A stretch of DNA of 63,865 nucleotides, counting the filler, from Choristocarpus tenellus KU-1152 (taxonomy: Eukaryota > Protista > Phaeophyceae): NCBI GenBank assembly GCA_964200185.2. It is 4 parts of 4 records of this genome, joined end to end, with 100 filler letters (N's around TTAATTAATTAA, not from the genome) between each part and the next. Parts side by side here need not be neighbours in the genome. Positions count along the whole stretch, not along the records: positions 31,220 to 58,280 come from CAXNAD020000155.1; positions 58,381 to 60,965 come from CAXNAD020026530.1; 2 more parts are not named here. The stretch is one strand, 5' to 3'. This document shows, in pieces, positions 47,501-60,507 of this stretch. Position 1 is the stretch's first letter, and every line of letters begins with the position of its first letter. The notes under the pieces were generated by a model. That model did no database searches. It worked only from the letters and a program-made list of their open reading frames with translations, and was not told where the DNA came from. Made by a program: the position numbers and the translations under genes.

Positions 47501-49729
47501 CCCTCACTAATGACGATGATGCATTGTCGTGATCGTAAAGATAGGAATGTCTCTTTTGAGCTGTTTGTGTGGGATGAAACGATGTTTTTGTGAATTAGAA
47601 GTGCTTCACATAATGCAAGGTGAAGGTGTTTGGGTGTGCATCTATCTGTCTGAACTTGTTGACTCTTTTTCTTTGCAGGAGTATGTTCGCGCTGTTCGCC
47701 AAAAGATGAAGGAGTTGGGGTATGAGCAGCCCAGGATCAAGGAGTTTATGTCACAGGCACCGGGCATTGTGAAGTGAGAAGTTACTGTTACAGTTACACC
47801 CCTTTGTAGTAATACTGTGAATTGTACTGGTACTGGTACCTGTCATTTCTTGCAGGGGTTTGAAGCACCAAGGGGGATATCTCGATGTACTGGTTACAAT
47901 GGGTGAAAGTTGTGATTAGATATTTTTATTTTATGTGGAGTTTTTTTGCATGCTTAATTTAAAGAGTGGGGCCTGGGGAGTTTACTTCCGTTGAACACCG
48001 GATGAAACATACGAGTTCACCGTCAGAATGGATGAAGTGATGAAAAGTCTTGTCAAACAATTCTCTCTGCATTGTCTAAAATCCAATTTCGGGGGTAATC
48101 CCTCTCAATTCTACTTGAACACAAGCTCTCTGGACCATGCTTGTTCCTGATGAGAACCCAAATTTTGTGCTAGAGCAGGTCCTTTTGAGATTCAATATCT
48201 TCCCTAGTATATCGTTCGTGGCATTTTGAATATACTAGGACTATATTTTTATCCAAGTATTGATTGACAGGGCACAGGTCTGTGTGACTCCTTGAAAGGA
48301 GTCATCTCTCAAAATATTTGAAATATTTGGTTGTTTGCTTACAGCTGTTATACCTCATCTCCCTCTCTGGCTGCATGTGTCTGTTCGTGGTATAAAGTAT
48401 TCTTGACTGATAAATTGCCATCTGAAACCTTTCCTATTATTTTCCAATGGTATGTTGGGTGAGGCAGCAAGGAGAATAAAATAGAGGGAGTTTGAGGGAC
48501 CAATCATAGAACCAGAATTTTTAGCTGTGTCCACATTGCCCCCACTGATTGCAATTTGTGTTGTTAATGCAGCAGAAAAAAATGATGTCATTGTAATCAT
48601 TGCACAGGTTTTTGTTGTCAAAGTTTGCGGACATGCAGACATTTGCATTGGAGTCAATGAACCCTGATGGGGCCATGGCATTTGGGTATTACAAGGAAGG
48701 AGCACACAACCCAACCTTTGTGTACATCAAAGCAGCGCTCAAGGAGGACAAGGTGGGTATGGGAAGTGTATTTTTTGTGTTGGAACTTGAAATGAGATGG
48801 AATTTAGGTGTAGTCTTCTGATGAAAAATTCGTATGGAGGTGGGTGATGGAGCATTTCTTTGTATGAGTGCCGCTGTTGCAATTTGTACTATTCAACAGT
48901 CATAAGTAGAAGTGGGTATTTGGGGGGGTTGAGGTTGTGTAGTGTTTATTGTTGTCCCAATATAAGGATTGGGAGGTTGATGATGATGTGCTGTCTGACA
49001 TGTGCAGAGTGTCTCCTATGTTCAAATTTCATGTTGGAGATTATGTTGATGGTATAGAACTTGTACCCCTGTTCATAAATGACATCAAAAATTAAGATGG
49101 TGAAGTTAGGGGTCATGCATGTGTTTTGTAAAAGTACTTTGGGTTGTTTGTTTCTCCAGGAGTTTGGGTAGCAGGAAACAAGTGTTCCTCCCTGCTTTTT
49201 GATTTTTTGTGTTAGGGGCAGTTGAATTATTCTTAGAGAACAATTCTTTATGATCCGTTGTGACTTTAGTTACCATGTGTGGGCAGACTATTAGTTAGTG
49301 TAATGAAGGGGGAGGGGGGATACATCAATCACATATGTAAGATGAGCACGCTCTGCTGCTGGGAGTTGGGAGTGGACAGTATAGTGTCATTTTTTTCTGG
49401 TGGTGATTAAAAAGTGTTAACTCAAGTATTCTCGCTTATAGAACAGACGTTCTACAGTTTAGGGGAAGACTGCTCTGTTCACATATCCACACCTCTATCA
49501 ATGCATAGCTCTTACTGTGATGTTTCCACAACAAAAGGTTTGCTGGTAAGGTGAGGGTGTACTGTGTGCTGCTGGCTTGTTCAATCAGGAATGTATTGTT
49601 TCTTGTACCACAAACTGCACTTGATCCTCTCACTCTCTCACTTGGTTGCTATCTCTCCTGACTGTCCTGTTCCTTCCCCTCCACTTGCTTCTGTTGATCT
49701 GTTTCCACTTCCGAAAAACATAGTTTTAA
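44543..49729 (+). CDS. TCTP: Translationally controlled tumour protein (TCTP/TPT1 family), 6 exons, 177 aa
   Basis: Exons 44543-44650 (MIVYKDLVSEDEMMTDVF...GLFE), 45570-45671 (DNIDIGCGDAFGGEAEVVDDSVEK), 47164-47241 (VNNVID..FDKKAQFKDYLK), 47679-47773 (EYVRAVRQKMKE), 48608-48752 (ESMNPDGAMAFGYYKEGAHNPTFVYIKAALKEDK), 49724-49729 (F-stop). Total 534 nt. Typical TCTP N-terminus and ESMxPDG motif. Confidence 0.95.
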
Positions 49730-51079
49730 GTAGAGCACATCGTACGGGTTAATAGGACGACACACATCAGTTGGTGTTTAAAAGTTTTCTTTTTAAAACA
49801 CAAGTGCGTACACACAACATGCCTTGACCGTAATTCATCAAGCTGCATAGATGATGAGTTCATCCTCTGGGGAAGGCCAACCTGACTTTGGTGTGGTCAG
49901 GTTCTTGGGTAGGACAAGGTTGAAAAATGTAGGTGGAATTTGTTTTGCTCCAACATTGCGAGCAGGCCATCCTGAGATGATGTCTTTTTATGTTATTGTG
50001 ATAGTAATCTCGTATGAGTTTTGTTGATGTGATGTCTTTTTTCTATTCCTGGTATATAAAGGCTGCACTGCTTTGTCTGGACTCTGTACTACGTGGAAGC
50101 CCCAGTGAAAAGGACAGATCTGCCTTGATAGTTTGTGTTGACCGCAGGTTTTTCTTTGTGACATTGACTGGTGATATTGCGGATTTGGTCTTTTTTTTGG
50201 CGTTGGCTGTCTTGATATGCATATGCTCTCCTTTCGCACCAATAAGTCAACTTGTAGTCCACCTAAAATTTTTATCTTTCTGAAATTAAAATACTAGATG
50301 GTGTGTTAGAACGCTGTGGATACCTGTGGCGTTTCCCTTGATTTTTCAAAGGAATCAAGGTTAAGCTACACCACCAGAGCTTTTCCCTGTTCTTGATATG
50401 TCTTCAATGTGTATGTTGTGGTTCATGCTTGAGGATGCTTTGTGGACATTCAACACAAACTCGTAGATCAGTATGTATCTTACTCAGTTGTACAGAGTTG
50501 ACCAAACATGCACACACTCACATATTGGACTGTTGACCTCCCACTCGCTTGCATTGCTTTTTGACAACTGGGAATTGTTGCTAACTACAGTAGTAGTCTT
50601 TCATCGATTTACTCTCAAATCACTTTTCTTGAACAAGATTATTGGAGGATTCTGAAGATTCCATTGGACACCTACCCAGTACACTTGTTTCCAATATTGC
50701 AATTGATAGCATATTTCATGATAAACTACAGCAACTGCAGGCAACCCAAGGCTTATGCCCATTTGCATATGTTATTGTAGAAGGAAGAAGTAAATGCCTT
50801 TGAAGAATGAATCTGCTAAATCTCAAGATTGCCAGTAATTTTTCTGATTTTTTCTGTCACACTGTGTACCTATAGACACGATAGAAATCCTTTTCCTCTT
50901 CTGTAAAGTCATCCATTGCTAGCAGGCTGGAAAAAAATCGATACACAACTTTATGCTCCCATGGGGGTGTCGATTTACTTTGATGGTTTGGCCTGGAGTG
51001 CAATTGATGATGAGAATGTTAAGCATACTAATATTAGTGCTGCAGGGAGATGAGGCAGAGAAGCTTGCGCTATCACCTC

Positions 51080-53210
51080 ACTTGAACTTTGGAAAACATA
51101 TCATCCTCAGCCTCATCCCCTGAATGCATCCATGCGTAGGGATGATATGTAAGAGGAATGATGTCGAAATTCAAGGGGTAGGTAGGGAACGTGTATTCAT
51201 GATGGCACACACATTTTGCTGTTTGCAGGAACAGTAGAAGAACGAACTGCAATATCAATGTTGGACTCAGGAGTATACTGCATTGAGTTGAACGAGCCAT
51301 TAGAGCTCATCCTCCTGACGGGCAACTTGGCCCTCTTACTCGATATTTTTTGCATCATTGGGCAGGTTATATTGCCCTACAATCCCCTACATACACAATG
51401 AGCCTGGATCCTGCCCTATCATTTTTTTTATCGCATCTTTCATTCAATGCAAGAGTAGAGAATAATAAGTACTTCAAGTAATCCTCCATTGTTTCAGGTT
51501 ACAAAAGAAAGGGTTCTATATTATTTCTGTCTGTATACCAACCCCTACCCAAATCGACCCAGCGAAAATTCTTGCTTCTTCTTCCTTACTCCGTCATCAT
51601 TTTTTATCATCGGATGAGTGGAAGAGCATCTTACTGTAATCCCCAAGGTCATCTTCAAATCGTGCTCAGCTTTGGTGACCAGGCTGAAGTTCTCAAATCT
51701 TGGAATTTGGATTATTTTTCAAGGTGGAACAAAGCCAACATTGCGTTCTGTGGCTAAGATAAGGTGGATGTTCCTGGCGAGGAGCCCATTCAAAATAGGC
51801 TCAAGTTGGCGTGATGCTGTCGATCTTGAACTATCGCTATCATCGTGCATGTGCATGTTTGCGTGTGTGTGCAAGTAGTTAAATGCTATGCTTTCCTCTA
51901 GCCGCACGTTGGTCTCTCTGTGTTCTCAGGTATAACTTCTAGAAGAAGCAGGAGTAGTAGTAGTAGTGTACTGAAGTACAGGAAGAAATAAAACACAATA
52001 ATAATAGTAACAAACATACCACCAGTGAGAAACGTTGATGACAGGATTCCAACAAGCCAACCACCACCACCAGTTACTCCTTCAAAGTACAACCACTACT
52101 GCTATATATAGCAGTATGACTACTGATTATTCCATACTTACACCTCTTCTACTATTACATAAGTATCTCAGGACCAAGTGTTCTTCACCCACTCAGGCAG
52201 CAGGCAGCCATTGTATTAACATGTAATCCCCACCTCACGCACATTTCATGTGCTTGCACTACTGGCTGACAGCCAGGTCAGTGCGGTGTGCTTGCTTTAG
52301 CCTACCATGTATAAGGGGTGACATGTGTGAAATTTGTATATTGGTGGGAGAGCAAAGTTATTTTTGTCCACCAGTGCTAGACAAGAATGTCGGCGATCTA
52401 AGTAGACATGCGCACATTATCTATCCGTTCTTCGTCTCTACTGTGCTGTTGTAGTGCTGCGGTACATCCAAGTTTGCGGTTTCTTGCTTATTGACGCATG
52501 TACGCGCTGACATTTCTCGCGTTCACCAGGGGAAGTTGCTCGTTGTGCCTTGATCTTCATGTTTACAGCTTGAGCCATCATATAATATCAATACTATATT
52601 CGAGGGGGGTCTATTCACACCCCTTTGAGTACTCTGCGTTTCTTTAAGCATTCTGCTCCACACCTCATTCCCATGCCTAAAATGAAGCTAACCCTTCTAT
52701 TGAAGCTGTGACTGCAGAAGAGAAGACAAAAGGTTGGTTAACATAATAAGCAGCGTAAAATCGCACTTTTTTAGGTGCTACTGGAAATAGAAGACAGTCG
52801 GTCGCAGGGATCTCGACACTCAAAAACACCCTCTTCTAAGATGTGATGCCTCCTTGTGTTGCTTGTTGCGCCTTCATTTTGTGTTGGGCCTAGTGGTGGA
52901 TGGGGTCATGAAGGTGGTGTTGAATATTGTTACTCTTGCCTTCACAACAGCAAAGAGAGTGGAAATACTGGACCTGACGATAGATTATGTATTGTGTATT
53001 GTGTCAATCTTCGTTTACGTACGTACGTAATACGTGTGTGCGTGTGCTCACACGAGCATAGGCTTGGAGATGTTTGCACAATAGTCTGTTCATCTTCTGT
53101 GGCAAAAGGTGTCAGGCCACTATCGGATCCCAAGATGAGGATGTGCAGCGTGCCAGTGAAGGACAAGCTGTTGAAGTATCCCACACTGGACCCGCGGATT
53201 TGGTGCTTTG
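51080..53210 (-). other. Possible unrecognised or decaying multi-exon gene
   Basis: Several open stretches with plausible splice sites (about 53052-53210, 51548-51918 with one TGA, 51212-51362, 51082-51119). No recognisable motif. Confidence 0.2.
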
Positions 53211-54284
53211 ATGAAGGACATTGAGCAGCTTAGTATAGATGTGCAAAGTTGATATTACAAGAGGGCATATGGTCTTGATTCCACTGACTGAATACTAGCC
53301 TAAACTATCATTATTATTTCTATTGTGTGGGGTTTGCAATCGTCCACACTAATTCACTATGATTCACTTATTAACTTGTTTTAGGTGTAGAAAGTGTATC
53401 TTGATACAAATCAATGAACACTATGAGTCAGTACATATAATATATCTTTCACTGGCTCTCCATCCTAATACATAATCCACCGGTGGTGTCAATGTGTATT
53501 AGCAGCTCTATCTACGAACACAAGCACGTAGTGTGTGTGCTACTTCCTGTCCATCACGATATGGTAATACTCACATATTTGTGTTCCTGGCTGACTCTAT
53601 TGGGTTGATGACGAGAGCAAAATGCTGTCATTACATGCAGGATTCCATATATGTGTTTGAAGCCCCAAACAAACGTACATACTCAGACCAGCTAGGATAG
53701 TGACAGGGTGTGACTTAGTCCCTACTGCGCACAACCCTCACAGCCAGCTTGCTATCCAATACGATTTCACGCTCTGGAGAGGGACAAGACTCTTGTTCGC
53801 TCTCGTCAGGAGCCTAGTACTGATGATGCGTTGATCCTCTTTTGAAGTCATTACTTGAGGGGGAGAGGTAGTTTATCAGAGTGTTCATGTGCAGTAGACC
53901 AGTCTTGCCTGGGTAACTGGAGCTAATGCTTGTGGGGGGTGTCATACTTCCCAAGTGTATATCAATACTACAAGCGAGTACAACAAACCATTGCCATTAC
54001 ACTACGTCACAAATAATCCCAGGATACAAATATGGCAGTATCTAACCCATGTTGCTCGACTGAATTTAGTCAAACCTCTCTCTACATCTATCACAACTAG
54101 TGCATTTTGAGAGTCGATAAAAAGAGGACATCCCAAGTTATGAGTATGCTTACCATAAACAAGACTAACAATCTGGTGTCACCGCCGATCTAGATATTTT
54201 GTCATATTCTCAATAGGCCACTGAGATGCATCGCGTCTTGGGTAACCACCTTTGTCACACTTTTTTTCTCTTTTTCAAACAAAT

Positions 54285-54546
54285 GAGTGAAAGTATCTTA
54301 GAGGGTACGAGTTTTGTCCTGTTTGTCCATTATTTGGGGCTTGGCTTCCCTCGGGGTTTTTTATGACATTTTCCCACTCCAAAATATTTTCGGAGTAGGT
54401 AAAATGCATACGTCATGAAAAGGTGTGTCCGGAACAAGGATATTGACACTTCCTAACAAACACGATAGCCAAAATTACATCGAAATTACAACATTGGATT
54501 TTGACCCCAAATGGACGCGGCTCTACCCTCTAAGATACTTTGGCTC
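54285..54546 (+). mobile_element. MITE family A copy with TSD AAAT
   Basis: AAAT|GAGTGAAAGTATCTTAGAGGGTA ... TACCCTCTAAGATACTTTGGCTC|AAAT. Confidence 0.9.
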
Positions 54547-55219
54547 AAATGTTAGGGTTATTCTTCACATGTACAGGTCAGGGTAAAGGTAAGGGTTAGG
54601 GTTCTGATTTGGGTTTTGGTGAGGGTTACTTTTTCGAATATTCGTGCGAAAATGTAAAACGTGTGCAAAATAGGACAATAGCGAAGTGTACCTTATTTTG
54701 TGTATAATATGAGATTATTGTGTTGAATTGAATCCATGTGATGTAACTAATGAGATAGTACATCCGGATTATATATGGAATTTGTTTATTATTTGGTCCC
54801 CTTCGCTACTTTGATATAGATAGCGAAAGCACAAATAATAATAAATAAACAATGAGAAGACACCCCACAAAGGTCACTCTTCTAATTTCAACCATGTAAT
54901 CACGTTCAGCGAAGGGGAACCATGTGGGGCTTCACACCTTCTTAAATTTACTACTGACAAATAGCATTACCTCCCAAGGTAAGTTTGCACAGGTTATAAG
55001 CCTAAGTAATATGGAGAAAAGGAGCAGGTGATGGGCCTGAACGACATGAAGAAGTTGCTCAACTGAACTGGAGCACCAGCACGACAAGTGGACAATTGGA
55101 CAACATGGAGATTATCTCTGGTAGTTTATGTCAGCGAAAGGGTCTGTAAGACATTCTGGGGCAAAAAATACGTTGTCCTAAACTCACGGAGACACTAACG
55201 GAACAGGAACGAATATGCA

Positions 55220-55298
<79 letters not shown>

Positions 55299-55349
55299 AT
55301 GAGCCTGAGCCATGATCCTGAGCCATGAACCTGAGCCTGAGCCTGAGCC
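55220..55349 (+). repeat. (CTGAGC)n hexamer microsatellite
   Basis: About 13 perfect units followed by degenerate units. Confidence 0.95.
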
Positions 55350-55516
55350 ACAAGAATCTGCCTATGGACCTGGAGCAGTCATCACAACACTTGTCCCTAA
55401 AGGGGGCATGCCCATCGATTGGAGACCCCAAGATTCTTGCTTACGGAATGAGAAAAGCAATTGCTGTACCTGCCACTAAGGGAGCAGAACATTAGCAGGA
55501 GTAGAAACTAAGCCTA

Positions 55517-55694
55517 TTGTGTTTGTTAGGAGGTGTCAACACCCTTGTTCTGGACACACCTTTTCATAACGTATACATTTTACCTACTCCAAAAAAGTTC
55601 AGAGTAGGTAAAATGTCATCAAAAAACGTGTGGGAAGCCAAGCTCCAAATGGACGAACAGGGTAGAACTCGTACCCTCTAAGATACTTTCACTC
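55517..55694 (-). mobile_element. MITE family A copy, inverted and truncated
   Basis: Reverse complement of the first approximately 180 bp of family A, ending TACCCTCTAAGATACTTTCACTC. Confidence 0.82.
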
Positions 55695-56598
55695 AATCCT
55701 CTACTTCTAATGCAGACTGAAAATGCTGAACTCATGAAGTTACCACTCCTGCAATCGGTTCCTGGAGGCCACTTGCCCTGTCATAGGAAACGTCAGGACA
55801 CGGACAGTTAAGAGCCTTACCTTCTCAAAAAATATCGGAAACAATATGCAAAAAATGATATTATGTGAAGGAAGCCTTAAACAATAGTGGACAGTTAGGG
55901 ACTTGCAAGTTTGGCAATTGATAGGAAAGAATGCACTAGAAAAAAAAGATAATGTGCAGGAAGTCTTAGAAGGAAGAAGTGGTAGGAGTTTTATCTTGTA
56001 TAGAGGAAAGCGAGAGCAGTTTCCCCGAGATAGAGAAGGGAAAGAAAAGACAAGAGTGGACAAGAAAGGAAGTCCTAACAAGATAGACAAACAACGGATC
56101 TTAGATGAGAGTTGAGGGAACCTGCCTAAGGGAGGAAAAGATAATACAGGGGTAGATATTTGAGTGCTTGGATCACTTTTGTGTAACAGGGATATATATA
56201 TATATATGTCAAAGGAATAACTTCATGTGTTTGACATCTGGGAGAGGAAAGAGAGTCAAGATATCTGACGTAAGATGGGATAGGCAGGGACAGAGTCGAA
56301 TATTTTTTTGTTTGGTCGCTTTGCGTAACATGTATGTGTGAGGAAGAAAATATAATGGCTGCGTTAAGACGCACGGCGGAGAAGTTGAGGGAGATTACAC
56401 ATTGATGAGTGATTGAACTCTTTGGTTGACATACCAATAATCACATACGTACGTGGAAGGCGTTAGTTTTTTTTGCTAATATTACAGTTGTCATTTCTAG
56501 TTCAAGACTTTGGGCAATAGTTTTCCTCTCTACTTTATATTCTCCATCACACATTTTTCCAGCAACGAGATCTCTTCTATCCTTCAGTATCTCATAGA

Positions 56599-56855
56599 GA
56601 GTGAAAGTATCTTAGAGGGTATTAATTTTGCCCTGTTTGTCCGTTTGGGGCTTGGCTTCCCATGTTTTTTTCATGACATTTTCCTACTCCAAAATGTTTC
56701 GGAGTAGGTAAAATGTATACGTTATGAAACGATTTGACCAGAGCATGTATATTGACACTACCTAACAAACACGATAGCCAAAATTACAGCAAAATCACAA
56801 CATTGGACTTTGGACCTCAAACGGACGCGGCTCGACCCTCTAAATACTTTGACTA
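56599..56855 (+). mobile_element. MITE family A copy
   Basis: GAGTGAAAGTATCTTAGAGGGTA ... GACCCTCTAAATACTTTGACT, colinear with the other copies. Confidence 0.87.
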
Positions 56856-57769
56856 AGAGAATCTTCTGAATATGCAGTTTATTCTGCGAAATAGGCCAGG
56901 GGGATCCCCGGTGATAGCTTGTGGAACCCCCTGTGGCCCCATCTACAGGCATATCTGTAATGTATTCATTTTGGAGAACCATTTTAGATACCCCGTAATT
57001 CAATGTTCAATGTAGGTAGTATTTTTTTCTATGGAGTATAACTCTAGAGAAGTTATTGCAGAGAGGAGAAGAGTGACTGTTTTGGGAGGGATAGGTCTGT
57101 TTTTTGCCACAAACTCCTTAGACGCGATATGATAGAGGCCAAAATCGAATGACCTTTCCTGGCCAGATGATGACTGACTGACTGTCCTTACTGGTCTTCT
57201 TCACACGAGAAGTATACCCTGGCGTATGGATGAAATCTAGGTAATCAGAGAAAATAAATACACAGTGAATGCTTCTTATTCCCTCCATGATCGACGACAG
57301 TACCTGCAGAATGTTTGTGGGCACAATAATATATCTTATATATTTCGTAGTGCTTGATGAAATTTAATACAATATTACCTGAGAGAAATTAACTATAAAA
57401 ATAAATGCAGATAAGAAGAGTAATTTACAGAACCCTACGTAGTGTCATGCACATTATCGCCCAATACTTGGGATGGGATGCCATTAGTCTTACAGGGAAA
57501 AAATATCCAACCTGAAACATCGGTCATCGCATATACCAAAAAAAAAGATGGGTGCTAGAATAATCAACCCCCAAAGAGAAGAAACGATGAGAAACGTAGG
57601 ACTCAGCAGACGCAATACTAGCATGAGTGAGTGCGCATGTACCCTGATCTACTTGTATTGCCTTAGCTCCTGGTTGGCGTGGTGTACGTCAGCCATCGCG
57701 GTTAGCTTCCTTGTAATGTCACTCACCCATAAAGCTAATTTTGCCCTCAAGCACACACTCACTCGTAGT

Positions 57770-57965
57770 GACCACCTGTTGTGTTGGTTTCTCTCCCTTC
57801 CTTGTATTCCATCACTCGAACAACTGTGATCTCAATTTCCCAGGCTTGTATTACAGGCACGTCTGCAAGTTCTACATCTCTTCCTCCTGAAAATCCTTGC
57901 TTCCGTTTTCCATCTGGAAGTTCCCCGAACATCAACACCTCTAGGACCCACACGTGTGTGCAGCT
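57770..57965 (-). mobile_element. RTE LINE 3' fragment
   Basis: VLMFGELPDGKRKQG matches the RTE C-terminal FGEL..GKR..G motif. Confidence 0.5.
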
Positions 57966-58200
57966 GACTCTGTAAACACTGGAGTCTACCAGTTCCTATA
58001 TTTGCACAGTTAGTTGTGTCTCGATACTGTCAAAGTCAGTCTTCACGTCATGGATGGGCATATTTTTTGTAGGTACAATATACGATGGGATTGTTCCAAT
58101 TGTTTGCAAATTACGATGCATCGTGCCAGAAGGAATTTGTGATTATGATAATTAACCTTTAATTGGTGGACTTGGCAGACCGTCCATATCACACAAACAT

Positions 58201-58280
58201 GACCCAAAGTATCTGGGAGGGGGGGGGGGGGGGGCGGCGGCCGTTTTTCACCCTTTTTTCGTTTTTCCCCTTTTTGGGTG
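58201..58280 (+). mobile_element. MITE family B partial copy at a contig end
   Basis: GACCCAAAGTATCTGGGAGGGG runs into the gap. A similar stub lies at 60940-60965. Confidence 0.65.
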
Positions 58281-58380
58281 NNNNNNNNNNNNNNNNNNNN
58301 NNNNNNNNNNNNNNNNNNNNNNNNTTAATTAATTAANNNNNNNNNNNNNNNNNNNNNNNNNNNNNNNNNNNNNNNNNNNN
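58281..58380. other. Artificial contig linker
   Basis: Same 100-nt cassette, with TTAATTAATTAA at 58325-58336. Confidence 0.95.
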
Positions 58381-58879
58381 TTTGGGTCAGACCCATCTTC
58401 CATGGTATGCTCCATCCTCCATTTTGCTGAGAGGCTGTTCAGAACTTTATTTCGAGGCACACAGCCCAAGTATGGTGCAAATCAGGATAAAAAAACACAT
58501 AAATGCCAATTTCAGATCTGAGGGGAAGACCGAAGTAGGAGGCACCACTACTATCTCATTGAACGGATCAAGAGGTACTTCGGCACAATGCTTCCCCTAC
58601 ATCAGAACTTCATTCCGACATACAAAACAATGAGATACATGAACCACAGCCCGAGAACGGGGCAAATTATGATGAAAAACCACCCCGCATCTAAGTTGGA
58701 GCTGAGCCCCTCCACGTCAATATCAGTTCTCCATCATTTCAGCTCCGAAACGCAGACCAACTGGCTTCGACAGGTTGTTATGGTATCGTTACATGATAAA
58801 TAAAAGTTAGGGTATTACTAGGAGAACTTCTGGAATAATAGGCCGGGTAGTCTGGGGGGGAACAACTACCCCCACACTT

Positions 58880-60035
58880 GCCCCAGAGGTCCGCTCTCTG
58901 GGAGGCTATGATGCCAGGATCACAACGAGGGCAGAACACAATATCACCTGCCTCCTAAACAGGATCTGCGTCGACTCTTTCCGGACACAAGTGGTCGCCT
59001 TACCTGATGAAGTGGAAAAGGGAAGGAAAGTTCCTCACCAGTCCTGGTCCGCCACTGGAGCCAGTGTGGACAATGGGGAAATGCATGGACCTTCACACAA
59101 CTCCTGGAACCAGGATGCTAGATCCCTCCCATAGAGTTTAGACTCACTGCCAACAGATTCCTAGTGAAGGAGGAGACCCTATCAAACAGGTGCCCGGTGG
59201 CTGGGTGCAGGAGGAAAAATGTGGACACTATACATTCACATACCCGGGCAGGAGGACAGGTACGCCAACACTCACCGATGGTGAAACGTCTAGGTCAACT
59301 CTGCAAAGTAATGAGCATCCTTTGGGCTCAAAGTATCTGGGGGGGGCGGTGGCTGTCCACTCGGGGCCCATTTTTCCATGTCGCGATTTTTGGATGGATT
59401 TGGTTGCATGCATCGGATATATATGGACACCCTGCTGTAGATCCCCCCTCCCCCCCCAGATACTTCTAGCCTTTGCACTGTGGAGGACGGTAGCCCATTC
59501 ACAGTGGACCGGAATTTCCAGATGGATCTAGTCTTCCATGCTGGGATACTTGCTGACGCTGGATCAGCTTCCTATCGAGACAAAGGCCTCCTCCTAGATG
59601 TTACGTTTGCAGAAGTACAAGCAGCCTCTTATGTGCCCCATTCATCTACCAGCAATGGCGTAGCTGCTGCTGCTGCTGCTGCTGAGGCGCGAAAGTGCAT
59701 GCACTAGGAGGGTTCTTTTGACCCTCGTAGTTTTAACCTCAATGCCTTTGTGGTGTAAAGTTTTGGGTTCCTCGGTAAGCAAGCAGAAAGCTTTCTTGAT
59801 GAGTTGGCTATGCATGAAGTAGGGGGGAGAGGGGTAGGAGAGGCTACAGCAGGAAAGGGGCTGTCAAATCCCGTCTACAACACAAATAGTGTCTGTCACA
59901 ACGCAAGTAGCTCTATCTAAGGCATGTCATGCGTTTTAAGCTGGAGACATCAGGGAGAAGGGCAAGGAGGGGCTTGTTAGATTCTTGGGATGTTTCCCTA
60001 GCTCCTCACACTGGGGTGCAGGAGGACTAAGTTAA
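58880..60035 (+). mobile_element. Non-LTR retrotransposon 3' part with an RLE (restriction-like endonuclease) domain, CRE-like, decayed
   Basis: Zinc-binding-like segment CPVAGC...H..., then MDLVF...GLLLDVT...AAAAEARK...F.V*SFGFLGKQAESFLDELA, typical of RLE C-termini. Interrupted by a MITE and by stops. Confidence 0.75.
59325..59471 (+). mobile_element. MITE family B copy with TSD TTTG, inserted in the CRE-like ORF
   Basis: TTTG|GGCTCAAAGTATCTGGGG...CCCCAGATACTTCTAGCC|TTTG. Removing it restores the SIL-CTVEDG frame. Confidence 0.87.
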
Positions 60036-60326
60036 GTTACCCAAGTTTTGAACATTTTGCATTTTAAGTCTCTCTCTTTCAGCCTTTTACAATTCGCTAT
60101 GGACGAAGTATAAAGATTGACTTCATAACATTGATTTCTCTGTTGTCTGAAAATTTTCGATATAATTCAGAAAAGTCTCTATACACACTTACTTGTACTA
60201 AAAGACGAATTTTGCACGTTTTCCTTAGCATCCTTAAAATGCAACCCTGGTTATCTCTCGTTTATTTTGGCACAACAGTAGTAGTCAATCTCCTTTCGGG
60301 TCGCTATTACCTGTGCATCTAAAACA

Positions 60327-60507
60327 GGTTCAAATTATCTGGGGGGGGGGTGGCGGCTGTCCATTTGGTGTCAGTATTTTATTGTTGCGATTTTTGGGTG
60401 ATTTGGTTGCATATGTCGGACGGATAATGTAAATGCACTTAACCTGATTTTTCCCCGAAAGGACACCCTGATGTAGACCCTTCTCCCCTCCCCAGATACA
60501 TTGGGTC
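60327..60507 (+). mobile_element. MITE family B copy with TSD AACA
   Basis: AACA|GGTTCAAATTATCTGGGG...CCCAGATACATTGGGTC|AACA. Confidence 0.87.

Noticed and set aside
44830-48150. C/D-box snoRNAs in TCTP introns (ATGATG..CTGA at about 44847-44891; GTGATGA..CTGA at about 48037-48150)
   Set aside because: No terminal stems and no rRNA-complementary guide that I could identify; such short boxes occur by chance.
55131-55431. GSGSGS and LRLRLR ORFs
   Set aside because: They are translations of the hexamer microsatellite.
56893-56938. GC-rich hairpin as a Helitron 3' end or terminator
   Set aside because: No CTRR terminus at the expected distance and no second copy in the window.
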